IMG/VR virus record: IMGVR_UViG_3300035228_001078
Strand: one strand, 5' to 3'
DNA length: 64,000 nt
Source of the DNA: a virus
The notes beneath the pieces are model-generated. The model was not told where the DNA came from. It was given only the letters and a program-made list of their open reading frames with translations, and searched no databases. A program made the translations under genes and the position numbers. Of this stretch, positions 17,961 to 26,968 are shown in pieces; position 1 is the first letter of the stretch; every line of letters starts with the position of its first letter.

Positions 17961-20452
17961 GTGAAGAAGAGTTCTAAGTTTGCTGTTTTTTCCACTGACC
18001 ATCCAATAGCATCAAGAATAGTCCTCAAAGGTTCTAAAAACGCTTTGTTGAATTGAGTGTCGTAATCGACATACTTATTAATACCCAACTCCTTAGGAAA
18101 ATCCTGAATAAATGAGATGACATTCTCATGTAAGATGTTGGGTTTCTTCAGATAACAAAACTTGATCTTCTCACCGTTTTGAATGAGAGAATATTTGTTA
18201 GTAAGTTTTGCTTCTTTAATATAATGGTTATAAAGAAGAGCACCGCGACAGTGGATTGGTGTTCCCTTAGAATAAATGTCCGAAGAAGATTTATATTTTA
18301 CAACATCGCTGACAGATCTTGGAAAAGAAATTTCTTCTGGAGGGAGAGACTTGAATTTGGTACGACATTTGTCGATGTAGTCAATCATGTCATCTTCAGA
18401 CCCTGACATCATAATCTTAAAGGCATCCTTTAACATTGCTCTGCATGGAGCAGGTGTGGATGACTTTACAGCTTCGATGCCCATCACCTTTAATTTAGGT
18501 TCGGAATATGCTACACCTTCACTATTGTAAACATTCAGGATATATCTTTTTTTAGCAGTCCAAATACCACGGTCAGCGATATTCTCCCGCTTCATACTCA
18601 TCTTTTGCTCGTATGCCGAAACATAATCCGCAAGCTCTTGATATGAGGTCTCAATAAATGGTTCCAGTTTCTCTTGGCAGATCTTGTCAAGTAACCCCAC
18701 AACTGCTGCTTTATCACCAGACTTAGAACTAAGAAATTTAGTAACAAGAGGTCCAAGATTAAGATAGATTGAGTCGGTGTCACTTGCGACAACATAGTCT
18801 TCACTCTTTGTCTGCAAAAGTTTATTTAGATATTCATTCACCTTGCCCTCAATCCAGCGGATAGAGACCTGACCAGACAGAGTAATAGCTTCTGCGTTTG
18901 CTAGTTTGTAGTACCTAAAATATTGATTACCAATAGCGCCATAAGCAGAGTTAAGAGAAATCTTCTTCGCCATTTGAATGTTGTTGCATCTAGAGATCTC
19001 CTTTTTAAGTGCTTCAGTAGGAGTCTTCTCGTACTGCTGCTTGGCTTTGAGCATCCTCTTCTTGAATATAACACGCTCTCCATACATTTTCTCCATAAGT
19101 TCGGGCAAGAATCCCTTCTTATCTTTACGGAACATAGCACCGTTTGGACAAACAGCGTACTGTTTGTACATCTCAAAACTTATCTGTTTACTAAGTATCT
19201 TGTCAACGGAAGCAGTTGGGTGCCTTTCGTCCAAGAGGGTTTCTGGTGATATGTTGTACTGCATGATGAGATGAGGATAAAGAGAGTTGAGGTCAAAAGA
19301 CACAACCCAGTCATAGACTCCCGGAATCGGTTCCTTAACATAGGCTCCTGCATACTTTTCATCCTTATTTGATGATACTTTAGGTGGAATGACAATACCT
19401 TTTTTCTTTAGGTAGTTATAGATGATAGTATCCCACATCCTTACTTGATAAAAGACATCACTATAGTTAACTTTAGCATCGTATGCCATAGTTAAAGCAA
19501 GCTCGATCAACTTCATCTTATCTTCAAGACGGTCTACGAGCTCCACATCAATGATATTATATTCTACAAATTTTTGCCACCCATTAGTATAGAAATCCTT
19601 AAAGGTATCAAACTCTGAGTGGTCAAGTTTTTTCTGACCAAGTTCTACATTTGCAATGTAATCAAGACGATACGATTCTTGATTGGTATATGTAAATTTT
19701 TTATAAAGATCGAGATAATCTAACTGGGAAATACCGCCAATGTCATAGAAGACTTGCCTACGACCTTTGATAAAGACCTCTTTCTGAGATACTAATCCCC
19801 AAGGCGATAATCTCTTAGCAAGTTTTTCGCCAAGAACACGATCAATACGCTTTGCAATGAACGGCATATCGAACAACTGAATGTTCCAACCAGTCACAAC
19901 ATCAGGAGTATTCTCCATCCACCAGTTGATAAAACTGTTGAGTAGATCCCGCTCATTGTTGAACTGAATGTAGCGAACATTGTCCTGTTTAATCTTGAAC
20001 GGACCCTGACCCCAGGTTGTAATCTCCTTTGTATTATAATCTTGAATAGTAATCAGCAAGATCTCTTGATCAGCTGCCTCAACATCAGGAAATCCATTCT
20101 CAGCACGAGTTTCGATATCGACTGTGATAAGGCGAATCTTACTAGCATCAAATTTAATCTCTTCTTGAGGATACTTATCAGAGATATACTGATAGATGTA
20201 CCGCTCATTACCGTAAACCTTAAAGTTATCAACATCACTATACCGCTTCATAAAGTCACGACAATCACGGACACTTCCGGGTTTGACAGGCTCTACATAT
20301 TCACCGTCAAGAGTCTTGTAATAAGTTTTTTTCTTTGCCGGAACGAATAATGTTGGAGAATATTTCTCTCTAAACTGAATGTACTCACCATTTTCATAAC
20401 CACGAACGAGGAACTGGTCCCCAATCATTTGTACATTAGTATAGAATTTCAT
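17957..20452 (-). CDS. gp43: Family B DNA polymerase
   Basis: Exonuclease DIET, then DLNSLYP, KISLNSAYG and SDTDS. Uninterrupted 831 aa. Confidence 0.98.
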   Translation of the reverse strand: MKFYTNVQMIGDQFLVRGYENGEYIQFREKYSPTLFVPAKKKTYYKTLDGEYVEPVKPGSVRDCRDFMKRYSDVDNFKVYGNERYIYQYISDKYPQEEIKFDASKIRLITVDIETRAENGFPDVEAADQEILLITIQDYNTKEITTWGQGPFKIKQDNVRYIQFNNERDLLNSFINWWMENTPDVVTGWNIQLFDMPFIAKRIDRVLGEKLAKRLSPWGLVSQKEVFIKGRRQVFYDIGGISQLDYLDLYKKFTYTNQESYRLDYIANVELGQKKLDHSEFDTFKDFYTNGWQKFVEYNIIDVELVDRLEDKMKLIELALTMAYDAKVNYSDVFYQVRMWDTIIYNYLKKKGIVIPPKVSSNKDEKYAGAYVKEPIPGVYDWVVSFDLNSLYPHLIMQYNISPETLLDERHPTASVDKILSKQISFEMYKQYAVCPNGAMFRKDKKGFLPELMEKMYGERVIFKKRMLKAKQQYEKTPTEALKKEISRCNNIQMAKKISLNSAYGAIGNQYFRYYKLANAEAITLSGQVSIRWIEGKVNEYLNKLLQTKSEDYVVASDTDSIYLNLGPLVTKFLSSKSGDKAAVVGLLDKICQEKLEPFIETSYQELADYVSAYEQKMSMKRENIADRGIWTAKKRYILNVYNSEGVAYSEPKLKVMGIEAVKSSTPAPCRAMLKDAFKIMMSGSEDDMIDYIDKCRTKFKSLPPEEISFPRSVSDVVKYKSSSDIYSKGTPIHCRGALLYNHYIKEAKLTNKYSLIQNGEKIKFCYLKKPNILHENVISFIQDFPKELGINKYVDYDTQFNKAFLEPLRTILDAIGWSVEKTANLELFFT

Positions 20453-20733
20453 CAGGTAGTCAGTTCTTTGTATGCGTCGAGAATAAACTTTTCAGGATTG
20501 ATCAATGTGAGGATGTTATCGCTCTGAATCCTACACTTCTTATCAGAAGACATATTCATAACTGCCCAGGGCACAAGACGATCCTTGTAGTCTGCAGGTT
20601 CTTCATCTAACACCGTAAATTCATAAGGTTTAGTCAGTTCGCAGTCAGGTTCACCGATGTCAGCACCAATCTCTTCAACATCAGCAATAATGCAACGATA
20701 ATCTTCCTTGAATACAATAAGTTTAATTGCCAT
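20452..20733 (-). CDS. Small hypothetical protein (possible Sm-like fold)
   Basis: MAIKLIVF...IIADV...L..PY...PW. Resembles the upstream neighbour. Confidence 0.7.
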   Translation of the reverse strand: MAIKLIVFKEDYRCIIADVEEIGADIGEPDCELTKPYEFTVLDEEPADYKDRLVPWAVMNMSSDKKCRIQSDNILTLINPEKFILDAYKELTT

Positions 20734-21040
20734 TGAGTAACTCCAGGTACATGGTTTTGATATCAGGCAGAGGTTCATAGACCGTCTGCACATTGTTTGG
20801 ATTCACGAGGAATTGTGTGTCAGCTGTTAGTGGTTGCCAAGTAGCAAAAGAAACTTGAGAACTTGTTTGCTGTACATTTGTATCATCCTCTTCTTCTTCG
20901 GTCAGCATGACTCTCTGCGGTTGCAGAATAAGCTTAAGGGGGTTGCATATCAGATATTGACGACTCTTATCCTCATCCAGGACTTCTTTGACATCACCAA
21001 TGATTTGATCAGAACCAATGATTGCGACTTTAATGGACAT
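20723..21040 (-). CDS. Small hypothetical protein (possible Sm-like fold)
   Basis: MSIKVAII...IIGDV...NP...W.P. Confidence 0.7.
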   Translation of the reverse strand: MSIKVAIIGSDQIIGDVKEVLDEDKSRQYLICNPLKLILQPQRVMLTEEEEDDTNVQQTSSQVSFATWQPLTADTQFLVNPNNVQTVYEPLPDIKTMYLELLNGN

Positions 21041-21071
21041 AATGCAGTTCTTACCTCTGGGTATTATAGCA

Positions 21072-21110
21072 TAAAAAAAGGGGACTGTCTGGATTTTGCC
21101 AGACATCCCC
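21072..21110 (-). terminator. Rho-independent terminator after hsp20, directly followed by a TATAAT -10 box
   Basis: Minus strand GGGGATGTCTGG-caaaat-CCAGACAGTCCCC-TTTTTTT, then atgcTATAAT. Confidence 0.85.
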
Positions 21111-21133
21111 TTGCGGCGACGATACGCTTCTAT

Positions 21134-21568
21134 TTAGAACCAACTTTTCCGCTGATGAGATTCGGGTACAATCTTGCCCAGTTCGACAGTTAACAATCCA
21201 TCTTCAAAGTCCACGGACTTAACCTCAACATCATCAGAGAGCGTCCAGACCCGCGTGAAGGACCTCTGTGCCAGTCCTTTGTGAGCGTAGGTTGTATCGG
21301 TCTCCTTATCCTCCTTCTGCCCCTCTACGAAGAGTTTCCCTGCCTCCGTGTAGACATTAACCTCTGCCTTCCTGAACCCCGCTAGAGCGACCTCTAGCCT
21401 GGATGTTACGGCACTTACAGTTATGAGGTTGTATGGGGGATAATTTGAGGTAGTCTCATGCAGTTTGAAGAGACGATCAAAGTATTCGTCCATTCCAATA
21501 CTGTTTTTGTTAATCCTGTCTAGTAGCTGGTCAATGTTTGCAGCATTAAACTTCATCAGTGTACTCAT
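21134..21568 (-). CDS. hsp20: Small heat-shock protein (IbpA-like Hsp20)
   Basis: NYPPYN, ALAGF, HKGLAQRSFTR, FEDGLL. Confidence 0.96.
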   Translation of the reverse strand: MSTLMKFNAANIDQLLDRINKNSIGMDEYFDRLFKLHETTSNYPPYNLITVSAVTSRLEVALAGFRKAEVNVYTEAGKLFVEGQKEDKETDTTYAHKGLAQRSFTRVWTLSDDVEVKSVDFEDGLLTVELGKIVPESHQRKSWF

Positions 21569-21620
21569 GATAGCTCCTTAGTAAGCGAGTTTGTCTTGTA
21601 TGGACCCTTTCGGCATCCAC
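21569..21620 (-). promoter_or_regulatory. ROSE-like RNA thermometer 5' UTR of hsp20
   Basis: Hairpin UGGAUGCC-GAAA-GGGUCCA, then CUCGCUU-acu-AAGGAG. The UCGCU motif with a bulged G pairs with the SD sequence. Confidence 0.65.
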
Positions 21621-21640
21621 TACTAATTATACAAGAAGAC

Positions 21641-21669
21641 AAAAAAAAGAGGGTGTGGTTAACCCCCTT
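21641..21669 (-). terminator. Rho-independent terminator downstream of regA
   Basis: AAGGGGGT-taaccac-ACCCTC followed by TTTTTTTT. Confidence 0.75.
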
Positions 21670-21717
21670 ATAGTAGCGTATATTCCGATGTAGCGTGTCG
21701 CGCACGAAAAGGCGACG
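21641..21717 (-). ncRNA. Candidate ~77-nt small RNA (or structured regA 3' UTR)
   Basis: AATAAATA late promoter overlapping the regA stop, 5' GUCGC/GCGAC hairpin, two ACGCUAC repeats, terminator GGGGGU/ACCCUC plus U8. Confidence 0.45.
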
Positions 21718-21723
21718 AACTAT

Positions 21724-22164
21724 TTATTCGGTTTCCACAACCTCTTTTGTCTTTCGACCGATGTTGTATTTGGTCTCTAGTGTCCAATTCTCTTTTTCTT
21801 TATATGCTAGGACTTTGATCTGATTCAAGGGAGCAATGTCCTGAATTACCTCAGCATCAGAGACTTTAACCAGACCCCAATCAGAGAGCAATTGGATGAT
21901 TCTGTTTCGTCTTTGAACATCATTGATAGTAAGGTTAGCTCTCTTACCATCCAATGCGAATAACTCTTTAAAATGTACAATGAAGTACTTTCCTTGCTTA
22001 TGAAGAATGTGGCATGATTGATATAACTTCTTTTCTTTCCTAGAAGCTACACCAATTCGTGTCAAAGTTTCTCTCACTTTCAAGAAATCATCTGGTTCAC
22101 CGAGGAATACCTCAACCATTTTCTCAGGTGCCCACTCAAAAATGGGCTCAACAACGACGCTCAT
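21724..22164 (-). CDS. regA: Translational repressor RegA
   Basis: DDFLKVRETLTRIGVAS, QSCHILHKQG, HFKELFALDG. Confidence 0.97.
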   Translation of the reverse strand: MSVVVEPIFEWAPEKMVEVFLGEPDDFLKVRETLTRIGVASRKEKKLYQSCHILHKQGKYFIVHFKELFALDGKRANLTINDVQRRNRIIQLLSDWGLVKVSDAEVIQDIAPLNQIKVLAYKEKENWTLETKYNIGRKTKEVVETE

Positions 22165-22191
22165 CTCAATATATCAAAAAGTTTGAACTAT

Positions 22192-23022
22192 TTAGCGCAG
22201 CTGTTCTTTATAATCAGCTATAGCATTTTTGACAATATTATAGGTTGATCCGTTATATGATTTCTCAATATATCTCTTATCCCACCATTGATCGATATCA
22301 CATTCCTTACCAGTTTTTTCTTCATAGATTGCTATGAACAGTGACAATAAGTTCCATTGACTGGGTGGAATGTATCTGGGAGAGATGCAAACAAAGATGT
22401 GATCATAATCATAGTTACCATGATCATATTCCTCCTTAAAGCAACTCCTCCATGTTGATTCTGTTGGCATCATGTGCTTCATGATGAATTCATTTACGAA
22501 GGTACGAGTATCACAAACATGCTCATGAGGATTTCTAATCCAAGTCATGCTGTTTAATCTACCATCGATTTGAAGTTTTGCTCCCCAGTTACCCTCATCA
22601 ACTTTATTAAATGCTTTGATCAGAGCCCACTCTAGAATATGACCACCTAGGTATACATCTTCTTCCATCTCATGAGTATTGTCACCATCAATATTAGATC
22701 CACAAAGAAAATCATCATGATGATCAATGTTTACCAGGTCAATATTGTCTCCTTCAAGTCCCTCAAGGATAAAATCATGATCAAAACCAAAACATACTTT
22801 CGCATTTGGACTTGCATCCAAAGCTCTGGTAAAAGTTTCAAGTATATAATCTAAATTTTCTTCGTTAACAATGTTCTCCCGCGTATCCATATCGGGATAC
22901 TTACAAAAATAGAAATGCCATTTGGCAGCTGGATGCCAATCATCCCACATTTCATTTTCTTCGTTTGGCCATTGATCAACTGTGTCAAAAACATAGTCAA
23001 TGTCGATACTTAAGACCTTCAT
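22192..23022 (-). CDS. Arginase/deacetylase-fold (UPF0489-like) metal-binding protein
   Basis: LSIDIDY, DHD, NIDHHDD, EGNW, CISPRY. Confidence 0.6.
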   Translation of the reverse strand: MKVLSIDIDYVFDTVDQWPNEENEMWDDWHPAAKWHFYFCKYPDMDTRENIVNEENLDYILETFTRALDASPNAKVCFGFDHDFILEGLEGDNIDLVNIDHHDDFLCGSNIDGDNTHEMEEDVYLGGHILEWALIKAFNKVDEGNWGAKLQIDGRLNSMTWIRNPHEHVCDTRTFVNEFIMKHMMPTESTWRSCFKEEYDHGNYDYDHIFVCISPRYIPPSQWNLLSLFIAIYEEKTGKECDIDQWWDKRYIEKSYNGSTYNIVKNAIADYKEQLR

Positions 23023-23399
23023 TTGATACCACCAGTGTCAAGTTTTTTACGAATAAAATCAATCTGTTCGTTACTCAGGATTCGCATAGCTTGCTGTGCT
23101 TTTTCTGTGCTATATCCGTAGTATTTTTTGACTAATTCCAAGTCTTTAATCTTCTCTTGTTTTAACCAAGGAGAAAATCTTTTCTTTTTTCTAATGCTAT
23201 GTAGCATGAAACTATACTGCATATCTTTGTCAAGATTTGGATGCTTGTTCATCTCATTCGCAAACATAATAGCATCGAGATGACCTGCAAGACAGCGGTT
23301 TACGATGAAGGGTGGGTATTGTTTAACGGAGTCGGGGTTTTCTTTAATAAGGTTTTCCTTATTAAGGTTTATCGAATTGAGCCAGTCTTTGAGTTCCAT
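23019..23399 (-). CDS. gp62: Clamp loader small subunit
   Basis: YPPFIVNRCL, ANEMN, KKYYGYS. Confidence 0.93.
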   Translation of the reverse strand: MELKDWLNSINLNKENLIKENPDSVKQYPPFIVNRCLAGHLDAIMFANEMNKHPNLDKDMQYSFMLHSIRKKKRFSPWLKQEKIKDLELVKKYYGYSTEKAQQAMRILSNEQIDFIRKKLDTGGIK

Positions 23400-23575
23400 T
23401 CTTTTTTGATTTTAAAATACATTTTGTAGTACCGTCCCTTCATTTCTTCAAGGACTTTCATGTCATCACCAAACCCCATATACTTACAGAGTTGATATGA
23501 TCCTTCTAATTCACTAATCAATCTTAGAATGTTTGCAGGATGTTTTTCAAGTCCTCCAAAATCATATTGTGACAT
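23369..23575 (-). CDS. Small hypothetical protein
   Basis: MSQYDFGGLEKHPANILRLISELEGS... Confidence 0.65.
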   Translation of the reverse strand: MSQYDFGGLEKHPANILRLISELEGSYQLCKYMGFGDDMKVLEEMKGRYYKMYFKIKKEWNSKTGSIR

Positions 23576-23576
23576 A

Positions 23577-24302
23577 TCATTTCTTTCGGGAATATTCAAT
23601 ACCATTTTCATGGTAAGCCTTAAAGATACTAACAGTTTTTGAGTTGTACATAAAGTAGTACAGATCTAAATCACTCTCTGTTAAGTTTGGGAAGGGCAAA
23701 TCAAATTTATTTTTTAGTTCATTATAGATCAAAAGTTTGCTTACATATTGACCAATTTTTTGACTTCTTTGATATGACATTCCACCAACAGCAGTCTCAA
23801 GAGTCCACATCCATAACTTTTGACACTCAATGTTTTTTACAATAGAGTTTGCATCGACAAACAAAGATGTTGGTGTACTAGCTTGTTCTTCATAGTGGTC
23901 TAGTAAGAGAGTGTCGCACTTACCTTTGTATTCATTAGCGTCACAATGAATGACCTCTACATCATCAAACAGTTCTGGATTTATGAACTTGTGATAGTCA
24001 ATAATCTCTTGGTTTTTTTCTACAACTGTTACCTTAGTAACACCTGGTTTATTTAAAATCCAATTTTCTCTGACACCTAACCCAAGTCCAGTGCAAATAC
24101 AATGTCCTTCAGCCTGATCCCAATGAGAATATAGTTCATATGCTTGGTCATGATCTTCAGTGCGGTAAGACATCCACTCCTCACCATTAACACTTAACTT
24201 ATAAGCTTTAGGTTCCTGATCCCAAATCACTTCACAAGTATCTGTTTTATATAATTTAAGATTGGGTGGAGTATATCCCAAAGATGACAACAGTCTAAGC
24301 AT
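23577..24302 (-). CDS. Class I SAM-dependent methyltransferase / spermidine-synthase-like protein
   Basis: Motif I CTGLGLG, VVEKNQEIID, CDANEY, DTLLLDHY. Confidence 0.7.
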   Translation of the reverse strand: MLRLLSSLGYTPPNLKLYKTDTCEVIWDQEPKAYKLSVNGEEWMSYRTEDHDQAYELYSHWDQAEGHCICTGLGLGVRENWILNKPGVTKVTVVEKNQEIIDYHKFINPELFDDVEVIHCDANEYKGKCDTLLLDHYEEQASTPTSLFVDANSIVKNIECQKLWMWTLETAVGGMSYQRSQKIGQYVSKLLIYNELKNKFDLPFPNLTESDLDLYYFMYNSKTVSIFKAYHENGIEYSRKK

Positions 24303-25116
24303 AATTCATCAAAACCAATTCCTTTCTATCTTGCTGTTCTCTCATATATTCACCAACAGATCTCATGGTGTATGTGTGTTGGAATTCAGAAGCATTCCAA
24401 TCTTTAAAGCGATCACAAACAAGTTGAGATGAGTTATAAGAAACTAACTGATCACACTCATATTTTTGACAGTCAGCAGCAAACCTATCATGATCAAATC
24501 CTTTATGCATATCTCCACTCTTACCGTAGAGATTTGCTTTGATATCGTATGGTGGATCTAAGTAGATTAATGTATTCTGATCGTTAGTCAGTAGTGTTTC
24601 ATAATCAGACTTTGTGATTTTCCACTTCTTAATGATATCTTGAAATCCAGTAATTCTGTCAATGCCACGCATTGAGAAGTTACTTTCTGATGCTTGCTTA
24701 CTAAAAGAAGACGACTCAGTGAGACCTGAGAAAGAGCACTTATTAATGACATAGAACGATACAGCTCTATGAAAATTGTTATCACTTGTTGCCAGGTAGT
24801 CCTTAGACTCTAGGAACAACTCTTTTGCACTTGATGGTTCTGGATGTCTATTCTTTAATTGTACAAGTTCGTCTCTCAGTCTTGTACCATCGGTTTGAAT
24901 ATGCTGCCAGAAATTAACAAGAGGTTCATAAAGGTCACTGACCCAAACAGAAGTATCTGGATATCTCTTTGTCCACTCAATAGCAAAAGAACCTCCACCA
25001 AGGAAGGGTTCTCTAAACTCGGTATATGTTTTATCTTTGCAAATATAGGCAAACAACTTTTGGACAGCACGAGACTTACCGCCAGGATATCTTAGAGGAG
25101 TTTTATATGCTTTCAT
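24295..25116 (-). CDS. dam: DNA adenine methyltransferase (Dam/D12 class)
   Basis: LRYPGGKSR, EPFLGGGS, YLDPPY. Confidence 0.93.
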   Translation of the reverse strand: MKAYKTPLRYPGGKSRAVQKLFAYICKDKTYTEFREPFLGGGSFAIEWTKRYPDTSVWVSDLYEPLVNFWQHIQTDGTRLRDELVQLKNRHPEPSSAKELFLESKDYLATSDNNFHRAVSFYVINKCSFSGLTESSSFSKQASESNFSMRGIDRITGFQDIIKKWKITKSDYETLLTNDQNTLIYLDPPYDIKANLYGKSGDMHKGFDHDRFAADCQKYECDQLVSYNSSQLVCDRFKDWNASEFQHTYTMRSVGEYMREQQDRKELVLMNYA

Positions 25117-26057
25117 TTAAAGTTACACTCCACCATAATTTCTGTGAGAGCTGCTAACAAATTTATTTCTTGATCCGCGACGAAGGCAATCTGATACTGA
25201 TACTTAGCAATAATGAGCACAGCAGCAGCAATAGAAGGACCTTCCAAGGATGCAAAAAGAGCATCGTAAACACGCCGCAAAAGTACACTAGGATCATTGT
25301 CCAGATTATTAACGACCCATTTACGGGTAGCTTGAAAATCTTTCTCCTTAAGTTTCTTAATAAGATCATGTACTTTTACATCTCCAAATTCAGCAAGAAT
25401 TGCTGAATCAATTTTACCACCAACAGCATATCTCTGACACTCATTTAATACACGACGCCAATCAGGGAAGTGCTTGTTAATTAATTCTACCAGGACCTTG
25501 TTATCATATTCAATACCTTCTGCATCCAAGATTTCTTGGAGTCTGGCAAAGAATCCTGCGGCAATTGCTGGTTTTTGTTTCCCTCCGATTCCAAACTCGA
25601 CGACTGCACAACGAGAGTGAAGGGGTTCAATGATTTTGTTTTTGAAGTTGCAGGTAAAGATGAATCTGCAATTACCATAAAATGTCTCAATGTTTGCCCT
25701 AAGGAGGAGCTGTACATCATGGGTTGTGTTATCAGCTTCGTCAATGATGATGACTTTGTGGTTAGCATCTGATGAAAGCGAAACGGTCGAAGCAAAGTTC
25801 TTTGCTTGATTCCGCACCGTGTCAAGAAATCTTCCTTCATCCGAACCATTTATGATTATATAGTCACAGTTTAGTTGTTCACAAAGAGCCCGTGCTACAG
25901 TAGTTTTACCGCAACCTGCAGGACCTGTCAATAAAAGATTGGGAATCTCACCTTGCTTTAGGAAGTCATTGAATGTCTTCTTAGTAGAGTCAGGGAGAAT
26001 ACAATCATCAATCTTTTTGGGGCGATACTTTTCTACCCACAAAAATGCACTACGCAT
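25113..26057 (-). CDS. gp44: Clamp loader large subunit
   Basis: WVEKYRP, GPAGCGKTT, IIDEAD, PLHSRC, FPDWRR. Confidence 0.96.
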   Translation of the reverse strand: MRSAFLWVEKYRPKKIDDCILPDSTKKTFNDFLKQGEIPNLLLTGPAGCGKTTVARALCEQLNCDYIIINGSDEGRFLDTVRNQAKNFASTVSLSSDANHKVIIIDEADNTTHDVQLLLRANIETFYGNCRFIFTCNFKNKIIEPLHSRCAVVEFGIGGKQKPAIAAGFFARLQEILDAEGIEYDNKVLVELINKHFPDWRRVLNECQRYAVGGKIDSAILAEFGDVKVHDLIKKLKEKDFQATRKWVVNNLDNDPSVLLRRVYDALFASLEGPSIAAAVLIIAKYQYQIAFVADQEINLLAALTEIMVECNFK

Positions 26058-26072
26058 AATAATAAAAATAAA

Positions 26073-26264
26073 TTATTCAAAAATAGGAAGGATGCGTTGT
26101 CTCATTTCTTTGAGTTGTTCTGGATCATTACCATACTCACCCATATTCATGTTAACACAATCAATATAGCGTAAATCGTTACGCTGTGCATCTAAAGTAA
26201 ATGAATCACAATACTCAAGAATTTCATATGGCACCTCAACTTGCCTGTCATAATCAATAGTCAT
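26073..26264 (-). CDS. Small hypothetical protein
   Basis: MTIDYDRQVEVPYEILEYCD... Confidence 0.6.
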   Translation of the reverse strand: MTIDYDRQVEVPYEILEYCDSFTLDAQRNDLRYIDCVNMNMGEYGNDPEQLKEMRQRILPIFE

Positions 26265-26409
26265 AATCAATAACAAATTTGTCTTTTAAGTGCCAGTGAA
26301 TGTCATCATGCACTTGCTGCATTGCGTTGTGTTTGATTGCCCAGTAATCATCATCATCGTTGATGAGGACAGTGACTTGGGTTTTCACATCAACTCTAAG
26401 TGCTTTCAT
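26254..26409 (-). CDS. Small hypothetical protein (51 aa)
   Basis: Manual translation MKALRVDVKTQVTVLINDDDDYWAIKHNAMQQVHDDIHWHLKDKFVIDYDY. Start overlaps the upstream stop. Confidence 0.6.
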   Translation of the reverse strand: MKALRVDVKTQVTVLINDDDDYWAIKHNAMQQVHDDIHWHLKDKFVIDYDY

Positions 26410-26921
26410 TACACCCACTCAGGTTTACGATCTGGGATACGAAGGTAATTATCACATACCCAAGGCTTAGAAGCAATATACATTTTATACGCATCGATAG
26501 TAGAAATACTATCGTCCCACTTATACTCTTCTGGCATTGCACGAACAAAGGGAGTATGATCACCCCATGATACATACGGAATAATTTCATCAGCAGCAAG
26601 GAGTGTCTTAAAGCAAGTATGGCATTTACCATATCGATTAAAATACTCTTCGCATAATGCAATGCCATGAGTAAGCAACCATCTAGCGTTTGATCTAGTC
26701 TCGTTTGCCCAGATAGTACAGGGATGGTTACGGAATGCTCCCTTGTCCGTAGCATAGGGATTACCGTCTTTCTTAGGCAGTGTGCCATAACCATGTCCCC
26801 ACTTGTCTGAGGCGACTATAGAGAGCATCTGGCAGGTCTCCAGGGGCATCTTGACGATGTGCTTGTCAGGCAGAACTTCTGCTGATTTCCATGGAGACTC
26901 GTCAGTGACAAAGATGTTCAT
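26409..26921 (-). CDS. Pyrimidine-dimer DNA glycosylase / endonuclease V family protein
   Basis: MNIF...DKHIVKMPLETCQML, HPCTIWA, EYxxRYGK.H, AMPEEYK. Confidence 0.75.
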   Translation of the reverse strand: MNIFVTDESPWKSAEVLPDKHIVKMPLETCQMLSIVASDKWGHGYGTLPKKDGNPYATDKGAFRNHPCTIWANETRSNARWLLTHGIALCEEYFNRYGKCHTCFKTLLAADEIIPYVSWGDHTPFVRAMPEEYKWDDSISTIDAYKMYIASKPWVCDNYLRIPDRKPEWV

Positions 26922-26968
26922 GATCTGATGATTCTTTCTTCTATACTACCACGGGGAAGTGACGCCTA

